Source: Candidatus Hadarchaeota archaeon
GTDB lineage: Archaea > Hadarchaeota > Hadarchaeia > Hadarchaeales > JAGGTB01
Reading direction: 5' to 3'
DNA length: 64,000 nucleotides
NCBI GenBank assembly: GCA_964384105.1
Contig: CAYLJV010000003.1
Span: forward strand, 1 to 64,000
The notes under the pieces were generated by a model that saw only the letters and a list, made by a program, of their open reading frames with translations, was not told the origin of the DNA and did not search any database. This document shows, piece after piece, positions 61,161 to 64,000 of the stretch. Position numbers and translations under genes: made by a program. Positions within the stretch are counted from its first letter, which is position 1; each line of letters begins with the position of its first letter.

Positions 61161-61559
61161 GTGTTTGTGATGAGTAAAGATATTTTAGCAAATGCATTGT
61201 CTTCGATTAAGAATCATGAAGAAGTTCGAAAGAAGGAGGTTTTGATAGAACCAGCATCCAGTCTTATCGGTGATGTTTTGGAGGTCATGAAAAATGAGGA
61301 TTATATAGAGGACTTCGATTTTATCGAAGATGGTAAGTCTGGTAAGTTCAGAGTTGAGCTGAAGGGGAATATCAATAAGTGTGGGGTTATAAAACCTCGT
61401 TTTTCTGTTAGACACGATGAATTTGAGAAATGGGAGAAGAGGTACCTTCCTGCGGCAGGATATGGGATATTGGCAGTTTCTACCTCTAGAGGGGTCATGT
61501 CTCACGGAGAAGCAAAAGAGTCGGGGGTAGGAGGACGTCTCATAGCTTTCGTTTATTAG
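61161..61559 (+). CDS. rps8: 30S ribosomal protein S8
   Basis: [27 protein letters not shown]. Confidence 0.97.
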   Translation: MFVMSKDILANALSSIKNHEEVRKKEVLIEPASSLIGDVLEVMKNEDYIEDFDFIEDGKSGKFRVELKGNINKCGVIKPRFSVRHDEFEKWEKRYLPAAGYGILAVSTSRGVMSHGEAKESGVGGRLIAFVY

Positions 61560-61678
61560 CTTGACTGATCTAGTTTCCGAAAACGAAAAATCGTTTTAAA
61601 TTTTAATATGAGAGTAATTTTTGACCGAGAAGTTATAAGAAAAGGATATGACTGAAATAAAGGTTCAAGCCGGTAAAG

Positions 61679-62221
61679 GTGTTATCTGTGATTGGAAAAG
61701 GAATAGAAAAGACGGTTGAAATCCCAGAAGAAGTGGATTTGACGGTAGATGGTCTCAGCGTCAGCGTTAGTGGACCAAATGGAGAGCTTTCAAGAACATT
61801 TAATTTGAGGGGGATAGTGTTGGAGAAAGAAGAGAATAAGGTAATTGTAAAGTCGGATTCCAAAAGGAAGAGGCATAAAGCACTGGTAGGAACTATCTCT
61901 TCTCACATCAGAAATATGATTGAGGGGGTAACTGAAGGGTTTACTAGCAAGCTAAAGGTTGTTTACTCTCACTTTCCTGTATCAGTTAGCGTTGAGGGAG
62001 ATAAAGTCAAGATAGAAAACTTCATTGGTGGAGAGAAATCCAGATATGCGAAAATAGTGGGTGATACCGAGGTGGAAGTCAATGGAGATGATGTAGAAGT
62101 GACAGGTTCGAATAAAGAAGATGTTGGACAGACTGCCGCTAATATAGAACAGGTGGCACAAGTTAAAAACAAAGACCCAAGAGTATTCCAAGATGGAATA
62201 TATATTGTAAAGAGGCCGTAA
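61679..62221 (+). CDS. rpl6: 50S ribosomal protein L6
   Basis: VEIPEEV, YSHFP, KDPRVFQDGIY. Confidence 0.97.
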   Translation: MLSVIGKGIEKTVEIPEEVDLTVDGLSVSVSGPNGELSRTFNLRGIVLEKEENKVIVKSDSKRKRHKALVGTISSHIRNMIEGVTEGFTSKLKVVYSHFPVSVSVEGDKVKIENFIGGEKSRYAKIVGDTEVEVNGDDVEVTGSNKEDVGQTAANIEQVAQVKNKDPRVFQDGIYIVKRP

Positions 62222-62223
62222 TT

Positions 62224-62601
62224 ATGGGAAAAAAGAAGTTTAAAAAGCAAGGTTCACGAACCATCAAAAAAGTTAAGGAGAATTGGCGAAAGCCAAGAGG
62301 CACCGATAGCAAGATGAGGAAGGAGAAGAAAGGAAAGCCTCCTCTAGTTAAAGTAGGATACAAAAAACCGGATTCTGAGCGTGGTATTCATCCTTCGGGT
62401 TTTCGAGAGGTATTAGTAAATAATTCGAATGAAGTCGAGGGTTTGGATCCGGATACCCAGGCTATTAGAATTGCTTCGCCTGTTGGTAAGAGAAAGAGGC
62501 AAATTATTCAAGAAAAGGCTGATGAGAAGGGAATAAAAGTACTCAATAGAGCAAGGAGGGAGAATATTGGATCTGAAGATGCAGAAGAGAATGGCGTCTG
62601 A
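62224..62601 (+). CDS. rpl32e: 50S ribosomal protein L32e
   Basis: WRKPRGTDSKMR, RGIHPSG, IKVLN. Confidence 0.95.
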   Translation: MGKKKFKKQGSRTIKKVKENWRKPRGTDSKMRKEKKGKPPLVKVGYKKPDSERGIHPSGFREVLVNNSNEVEGLDPDTQAIRIASPVGKRKRQIIQEKADEKGIKVLNRARRENIGSEDAEENGV

Positions 62602-63022
62602 AATTCTTGGTGTCGGTGAAAGTAGAATCTGGATGGACCCAGATCGAGCCGGTGAGATCTCAACGGCAATTACTCGAGATGATGTTAAAAGATTGATAAG
62701 TAATGGTGCCATCAAGAAAAAGCCACAAACATCTGTCAGCAGAGGGCGGGCTCGAAAGAGTCAAGAGCAGAAGAAGAAAGGCAGGCAAAGTGGTCCAGGT
62801 AGTAGAAAGGGGCCAAAAGGTAGCAAAAAGCCTCAAAAGAAGGAATGGATTAGCAAGGTGCGACCTCTTCGTCGACGATTGAAGGAGTTAAGAGCTGAGG
62901 GTAAGATTGATTCTAGTGTGTATAGAAAGCTCTATCGGAAAGTGAAAGGGGGAGCTTTCAGAAGTAAATCTCATTTGGAGACTCATCTTAAAGATAAAGG
63001 AATATTGGAGGAAGATCAATAA
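62567..63022 (+). CDS. rpl19e: 50S ribosomal protein L19e
   Basis: QKRMASEIL.VG..RIW, GPGSRKG, YRKLY. Confidence 0.96.
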   Translation: MDLKMQKRMASEILGVGESRIWMDPDRAGEISTAITRDDVKRLISNGAIKKKPQTSVSRGRARKSQEQKKKGRQSGPGSRKGPKGSKKPQKKEWISKVRPLRRRLKELRAEGKIDSSVYRKLYRKVKGGAFRSKSHLETHLKDKGILEEDQ

Positions 63023-63618
63023 TGCCGAAGTATGGACCGCGTCGAAGAGTTGGATATAGACGGGAAAGAGAGGGCAAGACAGACTATAGATACAGAATAA
63101 GATTGCTCAAATCTGGTAAGCCGAGGTTTGTGGTTCGAGTTTCTTTACAGCATGTCAGAGCTCAAGTTCTTAAGCCTTCTGATGATGGAGATAAAGTGCT
63201 GGCTTCTGCTTTTTCCAAAGAGCTTTCCGGTTTAGGTTGGAAAGGTTGCACTTCTAATACTCCAGCTGCTTATCTAGTTGGTTTACTTTGCGGACATCGT
63301 GCTTTGGAGAAAGGGGTTAGTGAATGCGTTCTTGATATCGATAAAGCCGTTCCCTCACCTCAAGCAAAGATTTTTGCCGTTTTGAAGGGTGCCCTTGACG
63401 CGGGTCTAACCATTCCTCACGGTGAAGAGATATTGCCTTCGGAGGAGAGATTGGAAGGACAGCATATATCTGAGTATGCCGAAATTTTGAAGTCTGAAAA
63501 TCAGGAAGAATACGAATCACAATTTTCTAATTATATAGAAAGTGGCCTTATGCCGGAGGATCTTCCCGAGCATTTTAAAGAGGTCAAAAGTGCAATAAAA
63601 AGTCAGTATGGTGAGTGA
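63022..63618 (+). CDS. rpl18: 50S ribosomal protein L18
   Basis: REGKTDY, NTPAAYLVG, KGALDAG. Confidence 0.97.
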   Translation: MPKYGPRRRVGYRREREGKTDYRYRIRLLKSGKPRFVVRVSLQHVRAQVLKPSDDGDKVLASAFSKELSGLGWKGCTSNTPAAYLVGLLCGHRALEKGVSECVLDIDKAVPSPQAKIFAVLKGALDAGLTIPHGEEILPSEERLEGQHISEYAEILKSENQEEYESQFSNYIESGLMPEDLPEHFKEVKSAIKSQYGE

Positions 63619-63620
63619 AA

Positions 63621-64000
63621 ATGGAAGATTTTGATATAGAAGAGTGGATACCTAGAACCGGGCTCGGAAAAAAGGTGAAATCGGGAGAGATAGCTAGTCT
63701 GTCTGAGGTTCTGGAGCGGGGTAAAAGGCCCAGAGAAGTCGAGATTATCGATGCCCTTGTTCCAAATCTGAAAGAGGAGATCTTAAGCGTTAATCTGGTA
63801 CAAAGGATGCACAGATCAGGTCGAAGACTTAGTTTTAGGGTTACTGCAGCTGTCGGAAACGAGGATGGGATTATTGGTATTGCCCATACTAGTGGTGGAG
63901 AAGTTTCCCCATCTATAAAGAAAGCGGTTAATGCGGCAAAATTACAAGTTGTTGAGATCAAGAGAGGATGTGGGAGTTGGGAGTGTGGTTGTGGAAGACC
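63621..64000 (+). CDS. rps5: 30S ribosomal protein S5 (partial, runs off the window)
   Basis: EWIPRTGLGKKV, EVEIIDAL, QRMHRSGRR, RGCGSWECGCG. Confidence 0.96.
   Translation, partial: MEDFDIEEWIPRTGLGKKVKSGEIASLSEVLERGKRPREVEIIDALVPNLKEEILSVNLVQRMHRSGRRLSFRVTAAVGNEDGIIGIAHTSGGEVSPSIKKAVNAAKLQVVEIKRGCGSWECGCGR

Overview
Archaeal chromosome segment. The evidence is the archaeal-type ribosomal proteins (L4, S4e, L32e, L19e), a thermosome subunit, form III RuBisCO, GGTGA Shine-Dalgarno motifs and frequent TTG/GTG starts. The gene content and acidic surface proteins suggest an anaerobic, salt-adapted lineage such as MSBL1 or Hadarchaeota, but this is inference only. Layout: (1) 0-4 kb, end of a glycosylation cluster. 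(2) 4.3-20.4 kb, accessory island with about 8 intact or decaying toxin-antitoxin modules, a complete 1.24 kb TnpB-only IS200/IS605 element, a small gene bracketed by palindromes, and a MEDS pseudo-histidine-kinase. (3) 15-26.6 kb, cell-surface locus with glycosyltransferases, a beta-helix protein and two paralogous Gly-Tyr-repeat surface proteins. (4) 26.6-42.8 kb, housekeeping and stress genes: GGR-family reductase, thermosome, MscS, MFS, ADP-forming acyl-CoA synthetase, FtsZ, DPS-like protein, desulforedoxin, YyaL. (5) 42.8-47.5 kb, complete AMP-phosphorylase/R15P-isomerase/RuBisCO cluster next to an ATP-cone nuclease. (6) 47.7-52.6 kb, free-standing LAGLIDADG gene, MNT-HEPN pair, LOG protein and a pilin-like operon. 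(7) 52.7-64 kb, SPOUT methyltransferase plus the S10/spc-type ribosomal protein superoperon, cut off in rps5. No rRNA, tRNA or CRISPR array was recognised. All calls come from motif recognition by eye; no searches were run.
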